Source: a virus. Taken from it: a stretch of 64,000 nucleotides of DNA. Location: positions 3,863 to 67,862 of the IMG/VR virus record IMGVR_UViG_3300005340_000040; one strand, written 5' to 3'. Position 1 is the first letter of the stretch. Each line of letters begins with the position of its first letter. Below, one piece after another: positions 15,892 to 26,146 of this stretch. Position numbers and translations under genes: made by a program. The notes below the pieces were generated by a model. The model worked only from the letters and a program-made list of their open reading frames with translations. It was not told where the DNA came from and searched no databases.

Positions 15892-18800
15892 AACTTCCTC
15901 AACGAACCAGCGATCTGCTGCAGCAGGATGCTGCTGTCGAGCCTCTGACGGTTCGAATCACCAACGTAGATCTCGCTCGACATGTACTCGTGCTTGGCGC
16001 GCTCGAGCAGGTGCGGTTCAACTGTGAAGTTCGTGCCCTTGAAGCGCGTCTTCCGCGGCACGAGCTGCTGGATGAAGGTGCCGATAGACGAGTCGAACCA
16101 GCGGTAGAACTCGAAGAAGGCCTGGAAGTTGAGCTTCTCCTTGATTCGCCTGAAGTAGACGTCGCGCATGCGCTCCAGGTCGGGGTAGTCGGGCGCGAAC
16201 AGCAGCTCAGGTGCCCCGAGCGCGTCGTCCATCGCGTCCAGCGTTGAGAACATGGTGATGATGTCGCGGTTCAGCACGTCCACCAGCGAGAACTCCACCA
16301 CGAACCTGACGTCGTCCGTCGGACGCTCGCTGGGGTCGATCTCGTGGACGGGCGCCGGCGCGGCCCAGGGCGTGCGGTCGACGAGGTCGACGTCCTGGAA
16401 CGACCGCGCTCGCACCTTCTCGTCGACGGAGGCCTCGTCGAAGTAGGGGCTGATGTAGCTGAGGTCGAAGATCTCGCCGACGACCGCGTCCTGCTCGAGC
16501 GGGAAGCCCGACCCCGTGAGGTGCAGGCCGCTCTCGCTGAAGTCAAGGAACGTGATCGACCCGAGCGGTCCCAGGCTCGCCGTCGAGTTGGCGCGCCGCG
16601 GATCCTGGCGCGCCAACGAGCTCAACCGCAACCGCCCGAACGAGCCCGACGTCGCGCTGGTGTAGTTCCAGTGGGTGAGCGGGTCACGGACCCCCGTCGA
16701 GGCGTAGTTCCTGACGTGCTCCTCCCACTCGTCCTCCTCCAGAGCCGTCGACCAGAAGCGTACGTTTGACATACGACCGTCGAAGACGGTAATGCGTGCC
16801 TCGTCGGGGGCCACCAGAATATTGTTCAGGTGCGGGAAGGCGGTACCACCGGCTCCCGACAGGATCAATTGTCGTGTGCCGAGGGCGACGTAGCTGCCCG
16901 ACGCGTTCGAGGCGCTGTTGGTGACCTGCAGGACGTTGTTCCCACCCGAGGGGGCCTCCTGGAAGAAGGAGGCGGTCGTCAGCAGCACCTCCACCCCTCC
17001 ATCGTTCTGGCGCCCGGCCCGGAGGAAGTACGACGACGATACGCTGGCCAGACCGTCGTCGCCGCGCCGGCAGCCGAAGCTCACGTTCCACCTGTCGAAG
17101 TCGAACACCCCGGGCGCTGGCAACGCCAGCTCCATGCGCAGCATCGGCGCCCCGGCGGCGTCGCCTGGGCGAGCGTAGAGGACCAGCTTCGGTTGTGCCG
17201 ACGAGGAGACGGCCAGCAGGTTGGCGATGATCCCAGCGCTGCCCTGCGAGCTGCCCGACACCGACCCGGTGGCACAGAGCCGGACCAACGATTGCGTCGT
17301 GCTCTGGAGCATCGCGACCGCAGCCGGCGTGTACCTGACGATGCCCTCCCACGTCCACGACCCCGACGTCAGCAGGCCATCGCTGCGGTTGTTGCTCACG
17401 CCGTTCGGCGCCGCCGGCGTCCGTTGCACGAACTGCCCGATGACGGGAGGGTACCCTGGCTCGATCCGCGATGCCGACAGGAAGGGCGAGACGACCAGGC
17501 TCGAGGTGCTGAACTGCACCATGGTGCCGGGCTCGATCTTTCGCTCGCGCGAGAAAGACAGCTGCTGCGTCGTCGGGCCGCCGAACTCTCGGATACGCAC
17601 GCTGCTGCCCGGGTCGATGCCCACCGCGCGCAGGAACGACCTGATGCTGTGCTGCGTTCCCTTCGAACGGAGCACGTCGGGCAGGTTGACGAGCACGCGT
17701 CGGAGCAGCTGCGTCTGCACCGCCCGCAGGCTCTGCTCGTTGACGGTGATGTCCTGCGCGTCGACGTTCTCGCCCCTGACGTACTGCTCGATCGTCGAAT
17801 CGTTGAAGAGCGGTGGGAGGTTGAACCCGTATCCCCTCACCATGTCGATGAGGAAGTTGTCCGGGACCGTGTCGTTGGAATCGTAGTCGACAGTCCTCAA
17901 CGTGCTGAAGGAGTCGACGAACAGCTTGATGTCGTCAAAGAAGCGCGCCCAAATGTAGAGCAGGGAGACGAGCACCTGGACGTTCCCCATCCTGCCCTGG
18001 CCCGGGACGCCCGATCCGCCGTAGGGGCTTCCTGCAGTCCCCTCGAGCTCAACGAAGCCGTCCTGCTGCGCGCCCTCCAACAGGTAGTGCTGAGGTACCA
18101 GGCGGGTGATCAGGTTGGGGTTCGCCTGGTCATACGCGCTAGCGCTCGCCAGTAGCGCCTGGTTGAGGGCGACGGTGGGTGGGTACGCGGGGAACAATAC
18201 CGGCGTGCTGTCGGTCCTCTCGTAGATCACTGGGTTGCTGGGATCCAGCGACGCATCCGACCGCAACGATGCCGAGAAGTTGCTGATCAGGGCGTGGAGC
18301 GCGTTGCCGCTGGAGTCGAGGACCACGCCGTTGATCGGGTCGCTAGCGGCCGCCACGAGGGGCGGCGGCGGTTCGTTGAAGCGGTAGTACAGGGCAAGGT
18401 CGGGGGTCGACGGCAGCGATTTTGCGGCGTACGTCGCCAGCTGGCGCGCCGTCCGTGCCGAGTGGAAGACCCGGAACTCATCGATGGTGCCGGACAGCGT
18501 TTGGGTGGGCACGACGGTGTTCGGTCCCAGCTGCATGGAGGTGCCGCTTCCAATCAGCAGCGAGGATCCGTCCACGTCCATGTCGCCCAGCTCGACCTGG
18601 GTGGGAGATTCCGTCGACGGTTGCGCTGACAGGAACGCCTCCAGGAACGGCAGTCCCAGGCCGCGGTTCAACGTCACGGCGACGTGGTTGAAGCGTCCCT
18701 TCGTGATGCTAAGCGGGACCGCCATCCACGACGAACCTGAGACGACGCTGAACTGCGCTGTGCAGCTGCTGGTCGACGACGTGCTGAGGAGGTGGAGCGC

Positions 18801-19397
18801 GAAGCCCTGCGTCGTCCCCGACAGCATCTGGCATACCGTCTGCACGCCGTTGACGATCGGGGGCACCCAAAGCTGCATCTCCACCGTCAACGACTGCGAA
18901 CCTGTGGGGTTGAGGACCGGGCGGCCCGTCCCCGCACCGGCCAGCTCGGGGAAGAGGGCGCCGGCCTTGTTCAGCACCTGGACATAGGTGCCCGCCGTCG
19001 GCGACGTTTCGCTGGCCTGCGTGCCGGAGAACCTCAGTTGTCCCCGGAACCGTGGGAAGCTGTCGAAGACCCACCGTTCGAAGCCGCTCAGCCGCTCGAA
19101 GAACGCCTCAACCTCCTGCCGCGTGCCGTCGAACGGGAACCCGTTGATGATCGCGTCGAAGGCAAGGTTCACCTTCGCCTCCGCCGACATGAAGAAGGTG
19201 TGGTTCGTGAACTGCGACCAGTCGACGTTCAGCTGCTGCGTCGACTTCAGCGGCGATGCGTGCGGATCGTACTGGAACGACGACGTGGAGGCGATGTTCG
19301 TGTCCGCCACGTCGCTCCACGTGAGCGTCAGCGGCCGTGAACCAGAGGCTGCGGCGCGGAGGAACGACGGGACGTATGGGTTCGGCTTCGTGATCAT
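15888..19397 (-). CDS. LamG-domain baseplate protein
   Basis: FNHVAVT, GTIDEFRVF, LYYRFNE (LamG); RRVLVNLP..LRSKGT..SIR (tail protein I / wedge-like). Confidence 0.75.
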   Translation of the reverse strand: MITKPNPYVPSFLRAAASGSRPLTLTWSDVADTNIASTSSFQYDPHASPLKSTQQLNVDWSQFTNHTFFMSAEAKVNLAFDAIINGFPFDGTRQEVEAFFERLSGFERWVFDSFPRFRGQLRFSGTQASETSPTAGTYVQVLNKAGALFPELAGAGTGRPVLNPTGSQSLTVEMQLWVPPIVNGVQTVCQMLSGTTQGFALHLLSTSSTSSCTAQFSVVSGSSWMAVPLSITKGRFNHVAVTLNRGLGLPFLEAFLSAQPSTESPTQVELGDMDVDGSSLLIGSGTSMQLGPNTVVPTQTLSGTIDEFRVFHSARTARQLATYAAKSLPSTPDLALYYRFNEPPPPLVAAASDPINGVVLDSSGNALHALISNFSASLRSDASLDPSNPVIYERTDSTPVLFPAYPPTVALNQALLASASAYDQANPNLITRLVPQHYLLEGAQQDGFVELEGTAGSPYGGSGVPGQGRMGNVQVLVSLLYIWARFFDDIKLFVDSFSTLRTVDYDSNDTVPDNFLIDMVRGYGFNLPPLFNDSTIEQYVRGENVDAQDITVNEQSLRAVQTQLLRRVLVNLPDVLRSKGTQHSIRSFLRAVGIDPGSSVRIREFGGPTTQQLSFSRERKIEPGTMVQFSTSSLVVSPFLSASRIEPGYPPVIGQFVQRTPAAPNGVSNNRSDGLLTSGSWTWEGIVRYTPAAVAMLQSTTQSLVRLCATGSVSGSSQGSAGIIANLLAVSSSAQPKLVLYARPGDAAGAPMLRMELALPAPGVFDFDRWNVSFGCRRGDDGLASVSSSYFLRAGRQNDGGVEVLLTTASFFQEAPSGGNNVLQVTNSASNASGSYVALGTRQLILSGAGGTAFPHLNNILVAPDEARITVFDGRMSNVRFWSTALEEDEWEEHVRNYASTGVRDPLTHWNYTSATSGSFGRLRLSSLARQDPRRANSTASLGPLGSITFLDFSESGLHLTGSGFPLEQDAVVGEIFDLSYISPYFDEASVDEKVRARSFQDVDLVDRTPWAAPAPVHEIDPSERPTDDVRFVVEFSLVDVLNRDIITMFSTLDAMDDALGAPELLFAPDYPDLERMRDVYFRRIKEKLNFQAFFEFYRWFDSSIGTFIQQLVPRKTRFKGTNFTVEPHLLERAKHEYMSSEIYVGDSNRQRLDSSILLQQIAGSLRKF

Positions 19398-19447
19398 CGA
19401 CGCTCGAGCGCAGCCGGGGGCACCCCGGCCGCATTACGTATCAAGCC

Positions 19448-20962
19448 CTAGACGGTGCCGTCCACCCTGAAGGGCGGGCTGGCCGACTTGTAGAGCTGCT
19501 GGTTGTTGCCCGTGATGATCTTCAGGTCGATGACGTAGCTGCGTTCCACGACGAGGTTCGACGTGTCGAGCTTGAAGTACATGCCGTTGGCGTCGCTCGA
19601 CGCACGCGTCGAGTTCGTCTGCATGTCGAACGGGACGGCGATGCGCCCGCTGTAGGCATCGCGGACCTGGTAGTGCACGTCCCTGACGACGATCCCTGGT
19701 GCCTCGACGGGCTGGCGCACCGCCTGCCTGAAGTAGGGTGCCGTGTAGTCGAAGATGTTGATGCGCACCACCGCCTGCTCCGCGGGGCCGAACGTGTCCC
19801 GGATGCCGAGTAGCGAGACGTCGTAGCGTTTCGGGTCCAACGACGTCGACCCACGCTGGGGTGGGTACGCCTTGATCGTGCTCCCGGTGAGGAAGCTGAC
19901 CTGGCCGTTGGGCGATCGCCAGACGGGCGTGAAGGTGATCGATCCCGATGCCTGCCACTGCGGCTGCAGGGCCGGATCGGCCGCGAGCACAGTGATCGAT
20001 GCTGAGTAGATCCCGACGGCGGGCAACCTCCCGTAGGAGTGCTGCGATCCCGTGAAAAACAACGAGTACAGGCCGCCCGATACGGGCGTCACGAGCTGCA
20101 GCTGCAGGCAGTTCGACCCGGTGAGCGGCGTGGTCCCCGACACGAGGTTCGCTGGCGCGTTGCGCACGTAATTGTACAGGAACAGGACGCTGGGCGAGTC
20201 GAGGTAGACGTTGCTCGAGTCGTCCTGTATCGAGTCGTCGAAGCGGACGACGAGCTCGGGCCGCAGCTCCACGTCGAAGGCGGTGCGGCTGGCGAAACGC
20301 TTGACGAAGTACGAACGTTGGTCGTTCTCCAGCGACGCGTCGAAGGCGACTCGGAAACCGCGGTCGGGGATCAGACCGGCCAGCGCGGACGATACCGCAG
20401 CTGTGACGTCGACGTCGAGGTCCTCCTCGCCCGTGGGGAAGAACTGGGACGAGCGAAGGTTCGTCCCCCGCGAGGCTGTCAGGTAATCGCACGGTGCCCT
20501 GTCGTCGCCGCCCTGCATGCAGCCGGACATGAACCAGCTGGACGTGTGCGAGGAGGAGGCGAAGCTGCACACGTCGACGTCAGAGTACAGGACGACGTCG
20601 CGCCCCAGCCCCTCGTCGAACGACGCTGACAACGGGAAGACCGCGACGGTGAAGCTGCTGGGGGTCGGCTGCCCACCGTACACGTCGTGCAGCCGCATGC
20701 GGCACGAGAAGCTGGGGTTCGTCACGTCGACCAGCGACGATGCGACCAGGGCACGCAGCGGTGACAGGTCGAACTGCACCAGCAGGCGCGACAGCTCAAC
20801 GTTCGGAAACGTCCCCGACACGTTCTTCGTGGCGGTCATACCGTAGAGCTTGAACAGGTCCAGCGATCCTGCAGCACCCACGTTGCTGCCGGTGACCCGG
20901 TTCCCGGACACCACCCTGTCCGTGATGTAGGCATCCTGCAGAGGTTGTAGCACCTTGTACAC
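19448..20962 (-). CDS. Putative virion structural protein
   Basis: DAYIT, SRLLVQFDL, FDEGLG, KRFASR, PELVVRFDD motifs typical of jumbo-phage baseplate neighbours. Confidence 0.7.
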   Translation of the reverse strand: MYKVLQPLQDAYITDRVVSGNRVTGSNVGAAGSLDLFKLYGMTATKNVSGTFPNVELSRLLVQFDLSPLRALVASSLVDVTNPSFSCRMRLHDVYGGQPTPSSFTVAVFPLSASFDEGLGRDVVLYSDVDVCSFASSSHTSSWFMSGCMQGGDDRAPCDYLTASRGTNLRSSQFFPTGEEDLDVDVTAAVSSALAGLIPDRGFRVAFDASLENDQRSYFVKRFASRTAFDVELRPELVVRFDDSIQDDSSNVYLDSPSVLFLYNYVRNAPANLVSGTTPLTGSNCLQLQLVTPVSGGLYSLFFTGSQHSYGRLPAVGIYSASITVLAADPALQPQWQASGSITFTPVWRSPNGQVSFLTGSTIKAYPPQRGSTSLDPKRYDVSLLGIRDTFGPAEQAVVRINIFDYTAPYFRQAVRQPVEAPGIVVRDVHYQVRDAYSGRIAVPFDMQTNSTRASSDANGMYFKLDTSNLVVERSYVIDLKIITGNNQQLYKSASPPFRVDGTV

Positions 20963-20986
20963 TGTCTCACCTCGTGTGGTACGGCA

Positions 20987-22831
20987 TCAGACGCTTGCGC
21001 GGCCGACGATGTCGACGTCCGGGTACCTGACCTCGAAGATGCCTCCCGCCGGCGGGAACAGCAGCCCCACCCGAGAGTTGCTGGACACGTCGTAGGTCAC
21101 CTCGCTGTACTGGCGATTGTTGACGACGCCAGCGAGGTTCTCGAAGCTCATGCGGTTCATTGAGATGACGCCGGGCACCTGGAAGATCAGGTTCGACAGG
21201 TCCGACATGACGATCGGCTGATCGATGTGAAAGTTTCCGATGTTGAAGTACGCCTGCAGCCGCGTGAGGACGTTCTGCAGGACGATCGTCCTGTTCAGGG
21301 CCGGATCGAGGAGCACGTCGAACGTGAACTGCAGGTTGACGACCCGCGCATCCAGGATGTCGATGGCATCGCTGATCATCCTGTAGGGGTTCAGGTATTT
21401 CACCAGGTTGATCTTCAGGGTGTCGGGCGACGTGATCAGCCGGTTGCTGCTGTCGCGCGACACTATGAACAGCTGCGTCGACAGCGGGTTGTGCGGGTTC
21501 GAGCGGATGGCCGCCCGGAAGACTCGACCGAAGTTGCTGGGTATCGTGTAGACGCGGGCCAGCAGGTCCTCGCGGGTGACGATCCTCTCCTGCGAGTTCC
21601 TGACGGCGGGGATGAGAGCCTTGAGGTCGTCCTGCGTGGGAGCGTCCTCGCCGCCCGCAGCCCTGAGTTTATTGGTGACCTCGAGGCTGCCTCGCACGGC
21701 CGCGGCCACGCTGGCCGGAGGGTTGCCCGGGAAGAACATGTTCAACGTCCTGGGCGTCTGGACGTTGTCGACGTCGACGTTGTGGTTCAGGCCGCCGCCG
21801 TAGCGGTACGTGATCGAGTACGTGGTGCCGGCCGCCGCGACCCCCAACGTCGTCGTCGACAGCAGCTGCTGGGGGTTGATGGGCACACGGGAGAACGTCC
21901 TGCTGTACGGGAACGAGACCGCGAAGCTCGACGGGTCAGGGATGATGTCGTCCTGCAGCGACTCCGCGTTGCCGCCGCCGAACGTCAGCGTGGTGCGCCT
22001 GCTGGTGAGGTCCACGCTGGTGATGTACCTGTAGGGAGCGGGGATGACCTTGATCGTGTCTCGGACGAGGTCATTGTCCTTCGCGGTGTTGAGCACGTTC
22101 CTGAAGACGACGTCGTGCGTCAGGGCCCCGACGCGGTGGTAGATGTTGCCCAGGAGGTCGTTGACTGACGCGATGTCCGAGACGTTCGCGTTCTGCAGCA
22201 CGATCTTGTTGAAGGGGACAAACGTCGGCGCGACGACGACGTTCTCGGTCGCCTCCACGCCCGAGATGCACAGCCCGCTAGCAGCCAGCACGAACGTCAG
22301 CGGGACGCCGGACGAGCTCTTTTGGCCGATCCTGAAGCTAGCGAGCAGCGTACCGTCCGAACGCGTCGCTGTGAAGTCGATGTCCTCGAGGAGGTTGAAC
22401 ACGACCCCATTGTTCGCAGTGAAGTTCGAGTTGGCCCTGATCACCGGCAGCGCGTCGGGGCGCGGGCGCACCACCCCGGCGACGTTGGCTGCCGGCAGCT
22501 CAACGTAGGCCGTGACCGGGACCAGCGCGGGCGAGGCGCCCACGATGGGGACCCCCGCCGCGTTGAGCTGCCTCTGGACGTTAACCGTCTCGACGGCCGT
22601 GTCCGGGTTCAGCTCGCCGTACTGGTGGTCGAGGTAGAAGGACATGTTGTCGCCGACGTAGGCGGCCATGTCCAGCAGCAGCCCACCCAGGCTGCTCTCG
22701 GAAAAATCGCGGAGCCTGTCGGGGTAGTATGCCCTTGCGTACTCCAGCAGGTTGAACCGCAGCGAGTCGAAGTCGCGCGCCAGGTACTTCCTCTGACGCA
22801 CGACCCTAAGATCATCGCGCTGCAGCGTCAT
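20987..22831 (-). CDS. Baseplate wedge subunit (T4 gp6 / baseplate J-like)
   Basis: RDFDSLR..L, DFSESSLG.LLLDMAAYVGD.MSFYLD, AAGGED, QERIVTRED. Confidence 0.9.
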   Translation of the reverse strand: MTLQRDDLRVVRQRKYLARDFDSLRFNLLEYARAYYPDRLRDFSESSLGGLLLDMAAYVGDNMSFYLDHQYGELNPDTAVETVNVQRQLNAAGVPIVGASPALVPVTAYVELPAANVAGVVRPRPDALPVIRANSNFTANNGVVFNLLEDIDFTATRSDGTLLASFRIGQKSSSGVPLTFVLAASGLCISGVEATENVVVAPTFVPFNKIVLQNANVSDIASVNDLLGNIYHRVGALTHDVVFRNVLNTAKDNDLVRDTIKVIPAPYRYITSVDLTSRRTTLTFGGGNAESLQDDIIPDPSSFAVSFPYSRTFSRVPINPQQLLSTTTLGVAAAGTTYSITYRYGGGLNHNVDVDNVQTPRTLNMFFPGNPPASVAAAVRGSLEVTNKLRAAGGEDAPTQDDLKALIPAVRNSQERIVTREDLLARVYTIPSNFGRVFRAAIRSNPHNPLSTQLFIVSRDSSNRLITSPDTLKINLVKYLNPYRMISDAIDILDARVVNLQFTFDVLLDPALNRTIVLQNVLTRLQAYFNIGNFHIDQPIVMSDLSNLIFQVPGVISMNRMSFENLAGVVNNRQYSEVTYDVSSNSRVGLLFPPAGGIFEVRYPDVDIVGRASV

Positions 22832-22858
22832 CTCTCGACCTCCCGGACCCGTGGTTCG

Positions 22859-23332
22859 CTACGCGGCATAGAGGGTGACCTGCAGGCGGCGCTTCAGGAC
22901 GCGTAGCGACGGGATGTTGAACGTGATCGCGAGGTTGATGGTGGCCACCTTCTGGTTCTGCGTCCCGTCCGACGATGACAGGAAGTCCTCGAGGTCAATG
23001 TACGGCATCCAGCGCTGCACGGCGGCCTTGATCCGTGAGATGGCCTGGATGTCGAAGTCGTCGAGCGAGACGAGCTCCGTCACCAGCGGGCGCAGGTTGG
23101 CGCCGTAGTCGTAGAAGCCCAACCGCTCGCCCCAGTTGGTCAGCACCAGGTTCCTGAGGTTGTCAGCTAGCTGGGTCGCCAGGTCGGTCGACGTGGTGAG
23201 CAGGTCGTCGCTGCCCAACGAAACAGGCGTGATGATGCCGACAGGGACGGCCGTCGTCGCTAGCCGGTTGGCGGCCGCGGCGGCCTGCGTCGTTCCTGAT
23301 GATCTGAAGCTGTAGCTGCCCATCCTCGCCAC
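22859..23332 (-). CDS. Baseplate wedge gp25/GPW-like protein
   Basis: NLRNLVLTNWGER..YDYGANL, AVQRWMPYI. Confidence 0.9.
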   Translation of the reverse strand: MARMGSYSFRSSGTTQAAAAANRLATTAVPVGIITPVSLGSDDLLTTSTDLATQLADNLRNLVLTNWGERLGFYDYGANLRPLVTELVSLDDFDIQAISRIKAAVQRWMPYIDLEDFLSSSDGTQNQKVATINLAITFNIPSLRVLKRRLQVTLYAA

Positions 23333-23357
23333 ACTACATAGGCTGCGGCTCCCGGTC

Positions 23358-24290
23358 TCAGAGCAGGCCCGTCGCTGCAGCGACGGCCTTCGTCACGACG
23401 CCCTCGGCCCCCACGACAAGCCCCACGACGTCGACGCACACCATGGCCACGACGTTCTTGAGGTAGATGAGCACGCTCGCGATGAGGAGCTTGGGGACGA
23501 TCGGGATGAGGGGTGCGAGGAGGTCGACGACGATGTCCAGGCCCAGCTTGAACACGGCGTCGAACTTGAGCTTCGTCAGGTCCAGGACCACGCCCAGGTC
23601 GGGCGGCGCCACGAGCTTCGCTATGATGCTGAAGGGCAGCTTAATCAGCCCAACGATCAGATCGATGAGCGCTAGCTTGGGTAGGCCAGGAACTTGGATC
23701 TCAGGCAGCATCAAGGCAAGGAAGTCGGGCAGGTCGGGGGGCAGCGGTGGCAGGGGTAGGCTGGGCGCTTGGACCTTGATGCCCAGCTTCGCGAGCTTGA
23801 GCAGCAGGATGGGCACGGGCGTGAGCTGGGCCTTGATCGCCAGATCGGGCAGCGTAACGGGGAAGTTCTGCACCTCGGGGAATGCCACGGACGCGTCGAA
23901 GATCGGGAACAACGGCGTCGCGCCGCTGGCGTCGAGCGCCGCTGCCGTCGACGCGTAGAGCAGGTCGGGGAAGATCGCGTTCCATATGGGCGACCGAGAC
24001 CTGTCGAGGATCGTCGTGGACATCAGGGTGGCCAGAGGATCGGGCTCGAACCAGAACAGCGGCTCTGAAGCAAGCGTCGTCACGTTGACGATCGAGGGCC
24101 CTGGGATGGGAGGCAGCGGCACGAGGGAGCTGAACACCCTCGTCGTGGGCAGGCCTCCCCGCCCGTTGCCGTTACCTGTCGCCAGCAGGCCCAGCACCTC
24201 GGCGACGTAGCGCGCCCGCGCTGCCTCCGTCAGCTTCCCATCGTTGAGCAGCCCGGCGCCCGTGAGGATGCGACCGTAGGGGTTCGGCAT
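23358..24290 (-). CDS. Pro/Leu-rich hypothetical protein
   Basis: Long ORF between gp5-like and gp25-like genes. Confidence 0.7.
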   Translation of the reverse strand: MPNPYGRILTGAGLLNDGKLTEAARARYVAEVLGLLATGNGNGRGGLPTTRVFSSLVPLPPIPGPSIVNVTTLASEPLFWFEPDPLATLMSTTILDRSRSPIWNAIFPDLLYASTAAALDASGATPLFPIFDASVAFPEVQNFPVTLPDLAIKAQLTPVPILLLKLAKLGIKVQAPSLPLPPLPPDLPDFLALMLPEIQVPGLPKLALIDLIVGLIKLPFSIIAKLVAPPDLGVVLDLTKLKFDAVFKLGLDIVVDLLAPLIPIVPKLLIASVLIYLKNVVAMVCVDVVGLVVGAEGVVTKAVAAATGLL

Positions 24291-24293
24291 GCG

Positions 24294-25754
24294 CTACTTG
24301 ATCAGTATCTTGCGAGCGAACGTCCCGTTCAGCCCGTCGGCGGCGCCCTGGGCGCCGCCCATCGTGTCGACGATGGGTTGGGCGGCGACCTGGCCTCCCG
24401 CTCCGGCGTTGTTGACCCGGGTGCACAGGGGCGCGAGGTCAGCGTCCTCGCCTCCCAATCGCACGACGCCGGCGCGGGCCGGCGTGAAGATGATGTCGCC
24501 GTTGGTCCGCAGGATTATGGAGGCGCAGTCGGCCGGATCGTTGCTGGGTTCCTGCACGTTTCCCGCCGCGTCGATGCCCGTTGCTCCCGTCACCAGGATG
24601 ACGACGTCATGGCGCGCCAGCAAGCGCACCTTGTCGGTCTTGATGACGATCGCGCCTTCCCCCGAACCGTCGTCGACGGACGGGTTCGCGGCGTGGGCAT
24701 GGACCACCGCCCCGACGCCGAAGTTCACGTCGGGCCTCGTTCGCTGCGCGATCAGGACCCGCGACCTGTCGTTCCTGAGGTCGACGTCGCCCTCGTGCTC
24801 CGCAAGCTCTGCTCGTGATTTCCCGACCTCGAAGCCGACGACGTTCTTCACGGCCTTCCCGCCCGTCGCGGGGGTCTGCCCCCGGCCGGCGACCAGGTCG
24901 ATCGACCCTGCCCCCGGACCGTCGTCGTCGCCGGCCGGGGGGCTCGGAACGCGGCCCGTGGGTCCCGGTGCATCGTAGGTGGCAGCGGGCCCTGTGCGGT
25001 CGGTCCCCAGGACGATCAACGTGTTGTTGCTGCCCTCGAGGGCCATGTCAGCGGGCCGCTTGCGGTACCTGGACACCGCTTCGTACGTGCTGATCCTCGC
25101 CGCATCGGACGCCGTCAGCAGCTTCTCGTACGCCCGCTCGTCGCTTGGCAGGCTCGTGGTCCCAGCGACGGTGTACCGCTCACCCCCCTTATCGTCGACG
25201 GCACCGTTGCGGAACTCGTACTTGGGTTCGGGCGGGCCGTCGAAGGCAGCGCTCAGCCCAGGCATGAACGACGAGTCAAACTGCCTGTCGGCGTGGGTGT
25301 AGTTGACGTCCTCCACGAACGCTGGCTGCACGATCCTGCACATCCAGTATCCCAGCTCGTTGACCTTCGCGTCCGGGTGCTCGAACATCCCCCAGACGTG
25401 CTCGCCGGGCTTCGCCGGCATCGACAGGTGCGGCGGGAAGAATGGGTACAGCACCATCACCTTCTCGCTGGCGCCGGAGTCGCCCCCCATGACGCGGCGT
25501 GCGATGATGCTGTTCCGTGGTGCGACGGCTGCGTAGCCCAGGTTGCTGACGCCGAGCTCGTGCTCGTAGTAGCTCAGTTTAGCGCGGTCCACGACGTCAG
25601 GATCGTTGATGACGTCGAGCACGACGAAGCGTAGGAAGCTCGGACCGGCGCCCACCTCCTGGCGAGCGTAGGCAGCTCGCGTTGCCAGGACCTCACCATG
25701 GCGCCCCTCGGCGATGTGCTTGGTGTCCTGGGCATCGTACCTGCCGCCCGACAC
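24294..25754 (-). CDS. gp5-like baseplate hub/spike protein
   Basis: YPFFPPHLSMPAKPGEHVW OB-fold-like motif, DMALEGSNNTLIVLG, beta-helix-like C-terminus. Confidence 0.65.
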   Translation of the reverse strand: MSGGRYDAQDTKHIAEGRHGEVLATRAAYARQEVGAGPSFLRFVVLDVINDPDVVDRAKLSYYEHELGVSNLGYAAVAPRNSIIARRVMGGDSGASEKVMVLYPFFPPHLSMPAKPGEHVWGMFEHPDAKVNELGYWMCRIVQPAFVEDVNYTHADRQFDSSFMPGLSAAFDGPPEPKYEFRNGAVDDKGGERYTVAGTTSLPSDERAYEKLLTASDAARISTYEAVSRYRKRPADMALEGSNNTLIVLGTDRTGPAATYDAPGPTGRVPSPPAGDDDGPGAGSIDLVAGRGQTPATGGKAVKNVVGFEVGKSRAELAEHEGDVDLRNDRSRVLIAQRTRPDVNFGVGAVVHAHAANPSVDDGSGEGAIVIKTDKVRLLARHDVVILVTGATGIDAAGNVQEPSNDPADCASIILRTNGDIIFTPARAGVVRLGGEDADLAPLCTRVNNAGAGGQVAAQPIVDTMGGAQGAADGLNGTFARKILIK

Positions 25755-25757
25755 GGC

Positions 25758-26138
25758 CTAGGAGCTCCTGATCTTGTCGTAGATCTGGTTGGGGTCGATG
25801 GGCCCGTCGTCCTTGGGACCCTGTTCCCGCGAGATCATCTCCGCCAGCTTGATGAAGTGGTCGGTGGAGCGCGCCATGCGCTCCAGGTACGATGCGATCG
25901 CCTTGCCGTGCACAGCGTGCTCTGTCGACTTGTCGCCCACGATGCGCACCAGCTTCGTGTACATCATGTAGGCGTTGCGTCGATCCTCGATGGCGTTCTC
26001 GTAGATCTCCTTCCACAGCTGGCGCTTCTTATCGTCGAGGCTGCTGATGTCCTTCAGCAGGGCGTCGAAGTTCCTGATCCTCGCTTGGTCGTTGAGGAGC
26101 TCCGCGTCGTCCGCCTGCTGGTTGCCTACCGTGCTCAT
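25758..26138 (-). CDS. Hypothetical helical protein
   Basis: Clean ORF in operon. Confidence 0.7.
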   Translation of the reverse strand: MSTVGNQQADDAELLNDQARIRNFDALLKDISSLDDKKRQLWKEIYENAIEDRRNAYMMYTKLVRIVGDKSTEHAVHGKAIASYLERMARSTDHFIKLAEMISREQGPKDDGPIDPNQIYDKIRSS

Positions 26139-26146
26139 TTGGTGCC